From Antedon mediterranea (Eukaryota > Animalia > Echinodermata): a DNA stretch of 64,000 nucleotides. The notes under the pieces are model-generated. The model saw only the letters and a list, made by a program, of their open reading frames with translations. It ran no database searches and was not told the origin of the DNA. The translations under genes and the position numbers were made by a program. The stretch covers positions 7,812,001-7,876,000 of the forward strand of contig NC_092673.1 of the NCBI RefSeq assembly GCF_964355755.1. The letters run 5' to 3'. This document shows positions 36,839 through 48,915 of the stretch, in pieces. Each line of letters begins with the position of its first letter. The stretch's first letter is position 1.

Positions 36839-37628
36839 AGATATGCAGATGACACAACCTTACTTGCAAGAACTGCGACAGAGCTCCAAGATCTGAAAGA
36901 GCAAAGCAATCCAGTGAGGAATATGGTCTTAACCTCAATGTCAAGAAGACGAAAGTAATGATAAGTGGAAGGAGGAATGAATTCAAGCAGATGGAGAGGA
37001 CATAGAAGTAGTCAACACCTTCAACTTTCTTGGCTCCCTGATTGTTGACACTGGAGGAAGCTCAGAGGAAATAAAACGTCGTCTCGCTATGGCTAGAACA
37101 TCCACAATAGGTCTTACCAACATTTGGAAGGATAGAGGGATCTCAAGAAACACAAAGATTCATATCATGAATGCATTGGTATTTCCGATTGCCACTTATG
37201 GATCTGAGACATGGGCTCTTGGAGCTGCAGATAGAAAGAAGATCAAAGCTTTTGAAATGTGGTGTTGGAGGAGATTGTTGAGGATATCGTGGAAGGAGCA
37301 TAAGTCAAATGAATTTGTTAACAACCAGATTGGATGCAGAGTCAACCTATGCCAGAAGGTTGATAAGATCAAACTTCAGTACTTTGGTCACATTGCCAGG
37401 AGAGAAGGTGACAACATGGAAAAGATAATTGCACAAGGTCATGTAGAAGGCAAGCGAAAACGTGGTAGACAGAAGATAAGATGGGCTGATGGTATTAGAG
37501 AGATCACAGGATTGGATGTGTGCACAGCTTCTCGCTATGCTCAGGATAGAGATGGGTTGAATGTCATCATAAGCAGGAGCACAAAGGGTCAGTCATGACT
37601 CACAGGACCACGACGACGACGACGACGA
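36839..37628 (+). mobile_element. 5'-truncated RTE (BovB-like) LINE with (ACG)n tail
   Basis: RYADDTTL, GLNLNVKKTKVM, FLGS..., EIKRRLAMAR, YGSETW, AFEMWCWRRLLRISW, LQYFGHI, GKRKRGR; tail cacgacgacgacgacgacga. Confidence 0.92.
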
Positions 37629-38988
37629 GATCTCAACAAGATGCACCCCAGCAAACAAGAAGAAAATCAGTATTTAGAAGGATTTGGACAGCAGTGCTTC
37701 ATCTTTGTATCAGAAGTGATGAATCAACGGATAGCAACTTAAGTTCGTCATCATCATCAGTATCATCATCACAATCGTCTTTGTGGCCACGGTCATCGAC
37801 ATTCGCACATTCTCCTGGCCAGATAGTAACACCCAGAGGAGAGGTCATTCTCCCACCAAGAAGACAACATGTTCGTAGCGTGTCGTCGTCATCAGCTACC
37901 GTTTCTCCAGCTCATTGCATTTTAAAACTACCAACATCAACATTAATATCAGTCGGTGAGATACCATCAGAAAAGAAACGTTTTTGTAGTGTGCCATCAT
38001 CTTCGTCATCACAATGGGCATTATCATCTGCCAGTAGCGTAAATGGTTCTTCGACTTCATCGACAAGTAACACCACCACCACTTCACCAACATCCGTCCG
38101 TAATAATATGATCCTACATCAAAACCTTCGGAAATGCTGCCGCCTGTGAGGTTACTGGATAGCGGAAGTGTCTCCGACCTTGGTAATCCTGTACGTCTTG
38201 GACAGGGAAGTTTTGGTCGTGTTTACCTGATATTATCCAATCTTTTTCCAGGTCATCAACACCTCGTCGCAGTCAAGACGGCTTTTTTGAACAGTTACAG
38301 CAATCCTGATGAAACATGAGACAATATGGTGGTAGAAGCACGTGTCATGGAGTTCTTAGATGATCTGCCTTCTGTTCCTCGTGTCTTTGGCGTTTTTCGT
38401 CAAGGTCAAGTATGTTGTATGGTACAGCAGTTTATTGGAAACACTCACAACATGTCCAGTACAACATTGCAAACTGGGCGGCCATCTTTAAGTGCGCTTA
38501 AATGTATGTCTATGACATTAGAAGTTGTCATCGCCCTCAATGCAATCCACCAAAGAGGACTGCTTCACAATGACGTAGCGCTTAGAAACATCCTTGTCCA
38601 CCATAATGGAACCAAGTATAGAGCAAAGCTTACAGACTTCGGGATGGCCTGCAGCCAACAGTACCCAAGAGGAAATAGGCAGATAAAGTTTGCATCGCTA
38701 GACGAGGGCCTACAGTTCCACCAAGATTATCCAGACGTAGCACCAGAAAAATACCTTGATGGTGCTTGCGACTCAGTCAAGGGTGATGTGTATTCCGTCG
38801 GTCATGTTATGAAGATTTTAGCATTATCAATTAGAAGCAGGGAGATGGTTGACCTTAGAGAGGTGAGTGCAGCATTCGATGCGGATGATCGATTATCTCT
38901 AGATTGTGTAATCAACATCTTGAAAACCATTATAGAAAATGAAAAGATAAATCCAACATGCCGAGGTTTTAACGAGCGTTTGATTTAA
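37629..38988 (+). pseudogene. Intronless protein kinase (non-RD, TK/TKL-like catalytic loop) with Ser-rich N-terminus; disrupted
   Basis: Motifs LGQGSFGRVY, VAVK, alphaC Glu (VEARVM), HNDVALRNILV, DFGMA, APE, DVYSVG. In-frame TGA at 38317-38319: ORFs 38134 and 38326 share a frame. There is a frame change near 38100-38150 relative to the Ser-rich upstream ORF. The 5' end abuts an RTE tail. Confidence 0.8.
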
Positions 38989-39392
38989 ACGTAGTTTTTA
39001 ATTATTATAATAGTAATACACATAACCAATAAAACCTGTAATACAGTATTAATATAGTAATATAAAAATCATTAAATATCGAATAATAGTAATATTTAAA
39101 AAAAATAGTAAAAAATATATTTTCATGAATGTTTGTTTCTCTACATATGTTTCTTGTCTTGATACTTAAATTTAATAATAAATTTTATAAAACAGACCAA
39201 ACCTCGCATAATAATATTTAACAACAATATTTTAAAAACGAAAATGTTATGTTGCTATTGGTAAGTATTGCATTAAAGTAAGTAGGCCTACACACAATTT
39301 TGTTATTAAGTAATGTATAATTCATAAAGTTAATGAATTAATACTAACAAAAATATTTAGTTAAAAGGTAGATTTGATGTTCACTATAATGA

Positions 39393-39924
39393 TAAGCCTG
39401 GTTGCCATAAAATCGCACGACAGAGCGTAGCGATTCTATGGAAACGCTAGAATTTATCGGGGATCTACTACGCGAGTGCTAAATATTCTTTGGTACGCGT
39501 ATTACCAAGTATTACCAAAGATAATAAAAGGAGAAGATACAACAGTTCCGTTGGCGGTGTAAACCACATCCGGGTTACTATTTGCCTACGCCTGAAGGTG
39601 GCGCATTTCCTTTTCACTAGAAGAAGTGCGCCACCTTCAGGCGTGGGTAAGGTAAAACTTTTATTGTAAATATCTATAAAAATGCAAACGATGATTATTT
39701 ATCAAAATTCATATTCTTTGTTATTACGATTCATCGCCGACAAAATCGGCAAAGTTGAACATGGTTGAACCAGGGAGTTGTTGAACTTTGCCGATTTGAC
39801 TGCGATGAATCGGTGAGCCTTCCCGATTGCGTCGGCGACATCTGCGCGTGTAGCGATTTTAATGGAAACGGTGTAGCGATTTTAATGGAAACGCTGTAGC
39901 GATTTGAATGGAAATCAGGCTTTA
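39393..39924. mobile_element. PIF/Harbinger-like MITE with internal hairpin
   Basis: TAAGCCTGGTTGCCAT...ATGGAAATCAGGCTTTA termini. Internal palindrome acgcctgaaggtggcgca...tgcgccaccttcaggcgt at about 39587-39644. Confidence 0.65.
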
Positions 39925-40017
39925 ATCATATAATGAGAAATGATAGTTATTCTATTGAGAAACATAAAGAGCACCCTCGCGTTTACTGAACCAATTATTA
40001 TATTTGTTTATTATTAC

Positions 40018-40051
40018 CAAAGATCTTATATACTAGTATATAAGATCTTTG
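40018..40051. mobile_element. Putative P-element-type excision footprint (34-bp perfect palindrome, 8-bp TSD)
   Basis: ATTATTAC|CAAAGATCTTATATACT-AGTATATAAGATCTTTG|ATTATTAC. Confidence 0.7.
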
Positions 40052-40234
40052 ATTATTACTTAGTTATGTGTTTTTCTCTATAGGTTGCCAACGAAACAAC
40101 AACTACAGTAGGCCTATTCACGATGATTATTCAAGACAATCCTTTAATACATTAAAGGTAAATTACTACTGTATTGTACTTACGATAAAAATACTTGTTT
40201 ATAATTTAGATTAAGTTAAGGTAGATCGCCACAT

Positions 40235-40893
40235 ATTTGTAAGTTTAACTTTACAGCTCACTATGTCAGTCGGTTGGTCGGTCGGTAAACACTAACTTGT
40301 ATATGACCTTATCTTGATATCAGTTTAATCTAGCTAAGTCAATTTTTCACAGTATATTCCATATGGCCAGGAATCGATGTGGTTATGTTTTCACGGTGCG
40401 CAATAAAAAATTACGCGGTCTACGCACGATTTAACGAAATCACGTTTGTAATCATATCTTCACAACCATGAATCACAATTAAATAAAATTTGGTACTCAT
40501 AAATTCCAGAGCATAAATCATCATATGGCAATACAATTACATGCGTAGCGCATGTAACGCATGCGTACGCGCTCTTAAAATTTTCAATTTTTTTTTCGAT
40601 GAAATAATTAGAGTACGTTTCAGGCAATTAAGCGTTTACAAAATTGCCATGAGTGCGCATATTTTTGCGCGCGCACTGCGCGTTAAATGTTATTACGCAC
40701 TCTTTTCGCCCGATTTCTGTTTTCTTTACTTACTTTTCAACTCGAAATTACGTTAACGAGCACGTAAAAAGTGACAGGCTACGCACGTGTAAATTAAAAA
40801 AATATAAATGTTTTTAAACATTTCAACATTTTTAAACATGTTCAGCAATTTCGGTCAGTTGGTAGGTTGGGCACGCGACTGCAGCCATCTATA
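40235..40893 (+). mobile_element. Helentron/DINE-like non-autonomous element; a related-type element at 50671-51304 and a degenerate one at 13330-13590
   Basis: 5' (GTCG)n microsatellite and 3' cacgcgactgc...tatggtcttgttt. The 50671 copy begins ttacctccgccaaggagg with gtctgtttgtctgt and ends ggcggaggt...ctctagt. Confidence 0.55.
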
Positions 40894-42299
40894 TGGTCTT
40901 GTTTTTATTTTTCATAAACAACTGCCACAACTGGTATCTCAGATGATTTCAGGTCAAAACATTCAATCACAATTTTTATTTATTTTAATAAATTAAATAT
41001 AATTATTAGATATTAGCTTAGTAGTTAACATTATTTATTTCTTTAAATATAGTTTTATGTGTAACCTTAATACTGATTTAACAAATATAATGATTTTCCA
41101 AATCAAGTGGGCCACTTTGTGTACAGTGATAACTCTGAATTTATTTCTTTTTCATTAATATTTATCGGGGAGGGCACTACTACGACAACTTACCAAGAAG
41201 ATAATGTTAGCAAACATTTTTCAACATTTTAGGTAAGAACAAGAATTACAATGTACCGTACAACTATATCAACCAAAAGGTATACTGTATATTGATTATG
41301 TTATTTATATCATCATCTTTAAGATGATGTTAGCAACAACATATTTTAAGGATCAATTACAATTTTATTACGACTCGGGTACCTAGTACTGGCTCTTTTA
41401 CCAGAATATTTACATTTAAACGTGTGCACTTGTAAATTAATATGTTAATTAATATATCAATTATAATGAACGTTCTAATTTATAACAGTTTGACTTCTAC
41501 AACAATTTTCAGCAAAATTAAATGATAGAAAAATATAATTAAGTTTTTTGTTTGTTTCAGAAATCATATAGGAAGAGGAAATATTTATTATGAGATAGAC
41601 CTACCTTGGAGAGTTAACAATTATACAGTATTATATTTTAATATTTTTTATGGTGTTTTAATTTTTTTATTTCTTTTTAAATGATAATTTAATTATTTTT
41701 CATATCTTTCAAAATTCATAATGTTTACAACACAGGAACCTAAATGCAATAATAGTTTAGTTAGGGACGGTAGAGATGAAGGACGAATGTTACATCGACA
41801 AATGCTGTACTTTCCCGATAATAAAAGAAACAGTGTGTAAAATCGCATATAAAAATCCTCATATTATTGTATTAGTCTGCTGTTTTCTGGGTCGTTCAGA
41901 GCAGTGTGGTCAGCGGTTGAAATGAGACACAAATACGGCCAAAATAGCACAAAAACAACGTGTCTGAGGGCGATGTATGTTTATGTTTTATGTACCACAA
42001 AAGTCAGAAGCAAAAAAAAAAGGTATTCGGGTTTTCGGCTAAATTATGCTAGATTTAGTACAAATTATGCTAGTTTTGTTTTTTTATTATGCCAGATAAT
42101 ATGCCAAATCGTGGTAAATATGCTGTAAAATTATGCTAGATTTTCTAAAATTATGCCTAGCATAAATGCCAGATGGGTAAAAATTATGCCAGATAGCATA
42201 ATTAATATGCTAGATTTGGCCACTATGGTTCAGAGTACTGTTGGCATACTATACAGAAGTCACTATCTCAATTAGTTATTGACTCAACTAAACTAAAAA

Positions 42300-42890
42300 T
42301 TCCGCGGATATTTCCCAAGCGGATGAGCAAACTGTCAATATTTATACTAACTACAACAACTTTATACAATACATATAATTATTCAAGTCAATGGATTTAT
42401 CCTGTCCGGTCCCTGTAGGCCTATCAGCATAGTAAACATACATTCCAACCATTGAATCCAACATGTAAATATGCCACTATCACTTGTATGTTGAATCAAG
42501 GGCAAAATACTCCAGTGGTATCATCAACTTGACCACTATAAACTCGAACGGCGATTACAATGTTTTTTACATTCGATGGGGATTTCCCAGGCGGACGGGC
42601 TGGCTATATTACTGTCAATATTTGTCAACAAGTTAATTATATACCTAATTAATTCAATGAATTTATCATTTATTGTCCGGTCCCTCATAAAAGACATATA
42701 GGCCTACATTCCAACCATTGTAATTCCCCACACGTAAATATGGCACTTATGTTGAATCAAGGACAAAATATCTTATCTTATCTTCTTATTATTGACAACT
42801 TGACCACTACAAACTCAAAGATTACAATGTTTTCCCTAAAAATATAGGGGATTCCCCTATGTGGCTAGTTTCAAATACTTGTCAATATCT
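42300..42890. repeat. Diverged ~275-bp tandem duplication (2 copies plus a partial third)
   Basis: Shared blocks actgtcaatattt, tgtccggtccct, cattccaaccattg, atgttgaatcaagg, caacttgaccacta, gattacaatgtttt. Confidence 0.75.
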
Positions 42891-45800
42891 TAGTTTATAC
42901 GTGATTGTGATTATCTGATAATATTATATTAACATTGAAACTTAGACATACGTACTTTATTACTCTTTAAATACTTTTGGTTATACCTCTTTTATACTGC
43001 CAGCAAACAATGATGCTGGTCTGGAAGAATTATGTAACCCAACAAATTTAATTCAGACGTAAATACACGCATCCGTGTGTCATTCTTGGATAAAGCTGTA
43101 AAAACACACTTGTTGCGGTTCACCAAACGGAAGGCGCGCCGTTAAATTCTGTATATTTACTGTATTATTATGACTTTCCGTTCCGTGAAAGAGAACAAGT
43201 GTGAATGTACCTATACCAGATGGAAAACGGAATTGCTTTTATAACATAAAATGAAACATGCATATACAACATTATTATAAAATCATTTATAGTAAAATAT
43301 TATTATTATGATCATACATTTCAAGTTTGCAGTCTATATCGTGCCTATTTAGCCTCATTGGTTTGACTCTATTGTTATACCGCAGATGGCGCTCGTTACG
43401 GCAGACTGAACGAGTTCAATAGACTTTAAGCCTTGGCTACTATCTATTTTATCACCGAGTAAAAACTTCACTTTGGCAACCGTCGCGATCGGTATTACAG
43501 TATAATCAAACACAAGAGCAATTTAGTTCCATTGTTGCTATCAGGCTTCATAGTAGGCCGCAGATAGAAGATTGTGTCACTGTTGTTATAATACAAGAAT
43601 ATTTTCGAAATCGAAGTCTAAACTGTCCATTGGGAATTTGGGTTAATCTTACTCCATGATCTTTGTCAGAGACTGAATGTTAAGTTTAGCAGTTCATTGT
43701 ATGACGATCGATTATTGTAGCAAACATGTGTCCATGAACCTCTTGGACCTACGGTGAGTTATTTAACATTACATTATGTGTTTACACTGTAATTATTATT
43801 ATTACAGTTTGCGGCCTATTATTATTATTTCATTGTGGAAGTACATCGATTTGTCTGGCATTCAGAGTGATAAAATGTATAAATAAATCTCTTCAGGCCT
43901 ATTCCATTTAATGTGATTGGAACAATCACAAAGTAAACTTGGCCCGTTCAGTACGGGGTTATTTTATTTTTGAAAGATAGATACACTGTCCATATTCAGT
44001 AGTAATAATAACACAAGTTACAAGTACGGTGGGCCTGCTAGGTATTTAGGCCTATAAGAATCTCATGATCATATCGCCGGGAAATTTGGAACGAAAATCC
44101 GAGATTGAAAGACACAACATAGAATAGATTACTGACAATCTGCGTATTTTAAAAATTATCATATAATCGAACGTTATATGGACCTATACATTAGATAAGT
44201 TCATGGTTACAGCAGGGAAGATTGTAATAATTTTACTTTTCTCTGGTTATAGTTCGTTTGAAACTTTTAATCAAATTTGACAGGAAATGAATCTATTTCT
44301 TTTATATACAGTAGGCCTATAATTTACTTGAATCGTAGAAAGTGTGAAACCAGCTGACCAGATATATAAAATACAGTCCTTAAAATGAATGGATCAATTA
44401 TGATAGAATGGAGTCGATGACAAAATGTAATTCTCGAAAGCACGCTTTCTGGTAGAATTTCGGACAATGGCAAATTCTGGTAGAATTTCGGACAATGGCA
44501 TTTCGGTAGTCACATTATATAGTCCTTGCACGAAAAGGCCGCGTGTAACTGTTAATTAAAGAGTATGTCGTTAGTTCTTGCACACAGTGTTTTTAATGGC
44601 GTGAACTAACCGTACTTTTTAGGCCTATGTCCGTGTCACATCACAGTGCAAAAATAAGAAAGGCTCAATAATTAGCGCTTGAGAAAGACTACGGGCTTGT
44701 TTCACGTTGGACTAACGGTAAACTTACCAGGTGTGTGCATTCAATAATCATTTTATTTATTATAACAGGTAATTACTAATGTAGAACGTGTAGTCATGAA
44801 TAATTACGCTTATTTGGCGAACACAATACACTGAAGGCAAAGGTGGAAGGACAACATAACAATCAATAACTAAAATGTCTTTGATAGTTAAAAGCATTAT
44901 CAATTCATAAATCACTTTGAGCAGTATAAGTGCGTGTACTTTATACGTTAATTCAGGCATCGTGCGGTTGTCATAAAGCCTGTGTATTAATTGTAGCCTA
45001 TGGGGGTTTGACGTAAAGTGGGGATTGATATTTGGATTGATGGGGTACGGTATGCCTACAGTTAGCTTAAATCCCTTGGTAAATACCGCCTTTCATGGGT
45101 AAACAATGGCTCGCAGTTGACATGTAGTGTTAATGGGTGTTGTTTGAGGGCTTATAAGTGTCGATGTTTATAGCTTTTTTTAGAATATCAACACAGAGGT
45201 TGTCAGTCAAAACCTATACCAACAGACCTTCCTGACCCAAATATAGTATCTAAATCATGAGGGTCACCACATTTCGATAGGCCGCACATCCACTGATTGC
45301 TTGTTCCATGCTCTTCTTTCTAACAAAACATTTCTATCTATGTCACATACATGCGCCAAATGAGCAGTACCAACAATAAATACATTGTTTGAAATACAAT
45401 TGAGACTACTAGTAATTATTATCTTTAGATCCATTTACACGGCTACACAAATTTGAGAAGTAAACAATGAAATAGCGTTCGTAAATATTAGTTTCCCATT
45501 TTGGTTACCAAAGCAGTTCCAAACACTGGTTCAGGTCGGCCTTTAAGCTTGGTTAACACTCGGACTTACCACATGGACGTAGCGTAATGCAAATGATTTG
45601 ACTAGGCCTAATCACAAGCAAATTATTATACTAACTGACGCTTTGTCATTGGTTTAACTCACTTGCGTTGCGATACGTGCTTGCTTTACGGCCGAGTGGA
45701 AACCAAGCTATATCCTGCGTTGCGTCTGTAGATGAGAGTTTCAGCTTGGTTAACATTATAATAGGACATAAGCGCAATGTAAGTAATTTGACCAATCTTA

Positions 45801-45938
45801 AGCGATTGATAATCGCTTAGGCTTGTGTATTAAGGATCAGTGTACTTTTTTATTTGATATTTTAGAAATCTTATTGGCATATCTCATCAAAAGCGGTTCA
45901 CAAGGCCGCATAGGCTAGGGTAAGAGTGTATCTTTTAC

Positions 45939-47242
45939 CATGGATTAAAGAATAGAAGGATATGCATCGACGTGAGATCAAGGGTTCCTTGACTCTCGCC
46001 GACAGACCGCGGACCGCCCATAATGTTACAGTTTAATTAACCGCATGGTAACAACGAAACGGTCGCGTGCCTAATATATTGTTTACTGCACATGTGCAAC
46101 GACATTTAACCTTGTTGGCTACTACGCTTCTTTCGCGCGTTCTTTGGTGGCATGATGTTTGTAGATGGTCAACTATTGACTATGTTGGTTTCTGCCGCGA
46201 TTGATCTACGCTAATGATTTTTTTATGATGATTAAAGTAGCATTTTATGACCTGTAGTAGCCCTACATCTGAGACAATAACTATTAGTTGTCTCATTTGT
46301 TGTAAAATTACAAAATCAGCAAGAATGCTAGCCTAGCTAGGCCCAGGCCTTGTACTAACTAGGCTAAACTGGGCTAGTAAACCCTATGATTTGCCGACAT
46401 TGATACTGCCTAGGTAGGCCTAGGCTAATCTTAAATACTCACCGTTGTCTTACTTCTTGTGTGAATAATAATAATAGGTAGGCCTACTTCGTTTGTTCGT
46501 GATCAAGTTTGCCCTGCGTGTACTTTTCAAAACGACCGCTAGGTAACGAATCGCAACTATACATAGCCAGCCAATCCCGGATCAGGGATCGCTGTTTTCA
46601 TTCAATTAGGCCCGGTGATTGGATGTGATGTGGATGACATAACCACTAGCCAATCACCAGGCACTACAGTTTAAATATAATCACATCGATAATTAAGGAG
46701 ATTTATGAAGAAACCACTGCTTAGCCATATATTAAAAAACACGATTGTTGTATGTCTGAACACCGGCCACGCTAACAACATACATGGTCAAATGCATAAT
46801 TTAATATTCTATAGATTAACGCAATTTTTAATGACAGAAGATGGCAGGCAAATAATGATAATTCAAATATAAAAATGGCATATTTTATTAATATTACCAA
46901 CTACCTAAAATTACCAGTCGTAAGAAAGTGAACTTTTCGTAGTCCGATTGTGATGAAACTAAAACAGAATTATTCAGCAATATATGTTTGTTATCAATTA
47001 ATCATCGACGCAGACATGTCAATAGAACATTCAGACTGCGCATACGATTTCTACATGGTTACGTTTTGGTCTCAAAAAATGTAACAGTTGATTCGCAGCG
47101 TTTTACAGAGGGCCGCGGTTAGAGACACGGAGTTCAATGAACGTGTTTGTTTGATTGGCAGCAGTGCTTTAGTATAGGCAAGCGCGTTGTAAAATCGTTT
47201 GATGTCACCGTCGATGCATATCCTTCTATTCTTTAATCCATG
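45939..47242. mobile_element. Non-autonomous P-element-like transposon (about 1.3 kb)
   Basis: Perfect ~34-bp TIRs CATGGATTAAAGAATAGAAGGATATGCATCGACG, flanked by a 7-bp direct repeat CTTTTAC at 45932-45938 and 47243-47249. CAT...ATG ends with a 7-8 bp TSD fit the P superfamily. Confidence 0.85.
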
Positions 47243-48540
47243 CTTTTACTCAAGACCGTAAACTAGTTCTGATTCCCCCCATAGGCCTACACTATTGTAA
47301 TAAAAGAATACCAAGAAAATTCCACCTTTTTTAAATAATTGTTTTATCAATCGTTGCTAGACCTTTTATGTTTGCAGTAATCAAACACCGTTCTATAAAT
47401 TACAATGAATTAATACCTTTTATTATAAACATCTATAACAAAAGCTCTGATTTCTGATAGCGTCATGATGTCATGGTTACTCGTGTATGAAAAGCCTATT
47501 TGATATTCATAAGGACACTTTATCCTAAAGAGAATATTCACATACATATCAATTTCTGAAATGTTTTTTTTCTATAGAAACTTAATAGGGTTACTGTATA
47601 TATAAAGAAAAAATCATTAAATAAAATATAAAGAAATACAGTTGTATTCTTATGGTGGTTTTTAAGCTATTCTTTATAATGCTAAACGCCTGTTGAGGTT
47701 GTGCCATCTTCATAATCTAATTGCCACCTTCTGGTGTATATTTTATTCCTTCTATATAATATAAGAACTGAGGTGGATAACATTTTATTATGTTAATGTT
47801 GGCAAATGATTAAACCCCAGTAGCTTATTGGACAAACAAAGAGGTTAAAAAAGAGTCCGATTCTGTGCTGCCTTGAATGATATTAACAATATTACAACCG
47901 GATTTATATTTATTATCGTTTTAAAGTTTTCAGGATTTTGAGTAAAATGAATTCGTGTCTTAAACGGGGTCTTAAACTATCCATTTTGATAAGTAGTCGT
48001 GAACACAATTCTCCCCTTTAGATAACAAGAGCTGAATACAATATGACCAATCACAAGCGGTGAATTAGTCGAATTGTTGCTTGTAATTGGTCAACAAGCT
48101 GCGCTTACAACAAGGTAGGGTAACCAAGCGTGGGTTACGAATTCGTGTCTCAAACATCTTAATAATGTAATCATAAACACAATTCTCTACTTTAGATAAC
48201 AGGTGCTAAATACAATTGATTCATAATGATAATTGATAACTATATCAATAAACCTAATCATATAATATATAATGTATGATTTTGTGAAGTATACGTTTAT
48301 GTCAATCAATGTGCAACAGAATAATACAGATTATTTGATGATAATTATCAATCTCAAGTAAAATAATTCAAGAACATGAAAAAAAAAGCATCGAATAGGC
48401 CAGTTTGGAGTTTTAATCAAGTTGTACACTTCCGTTTAAAAAACAAAATAATATTTGTTTTTGATTCAATTTTGGTAAAAGTAAATAATGAATAAACATT
48501 ATAACATATAGTAATAAAGCATATTCAATTAAAAAAAGTA

Positions 48541-48915
48541 ATATTGAGACGTTTTAGTGGGGGTCTATGTTTTCGAGAAAATCTATAGTGGGGGTCTCTG
48601 GTTTCGAGAAAATCTCGAAAACAGAGACCCCCTATATAACGTAATATTGACTTAATATTGAGACGTTTTAGTGGGGGTCTCTGTTTTCGAGAAAATCTAT
48701 AGTGGGGGTCTCTGGTTTCGAGAAAATCTCGAAAACAGAGACCCCCTATATAATGTAATATTGACTTAATATTGAGACGTTTTAGTGGGGGAAAATCTTG
48801 AAAAGAGAGACCCCCACTAAAGCGTCTCAATATTACATTATATAGGGGGTCTCTGTTTTCGAGATTTTCTCGAAAACAGAGACCCTGGGTCTCGGGTCTC
48901 TGTTTCCGAGACACC
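48541..48915. repeat. 114-bp tandem repeat with internal and terminal inversions (foldback-like)
   Basis: atattgagacg recurs at 48541, 48655 and 48769. It is followed by an inverted copy (ccccactaaagcgtctcaatattac). Confidence 0.85.

Noticed and set aside
38317-38319. Selenocysteine or programmed readthrough at the kinase TGA
   Set aside because: The position is not a conserved Cys site, no SECIS-like structure was seen in the AT-rich 3' flank, and a second lesion exists. A nonsense mutation is simpler.
48525-48914. 129-aa ORF with internal repeats
   Set aside because: Product of the 114-bp tandem/foldback repeat.
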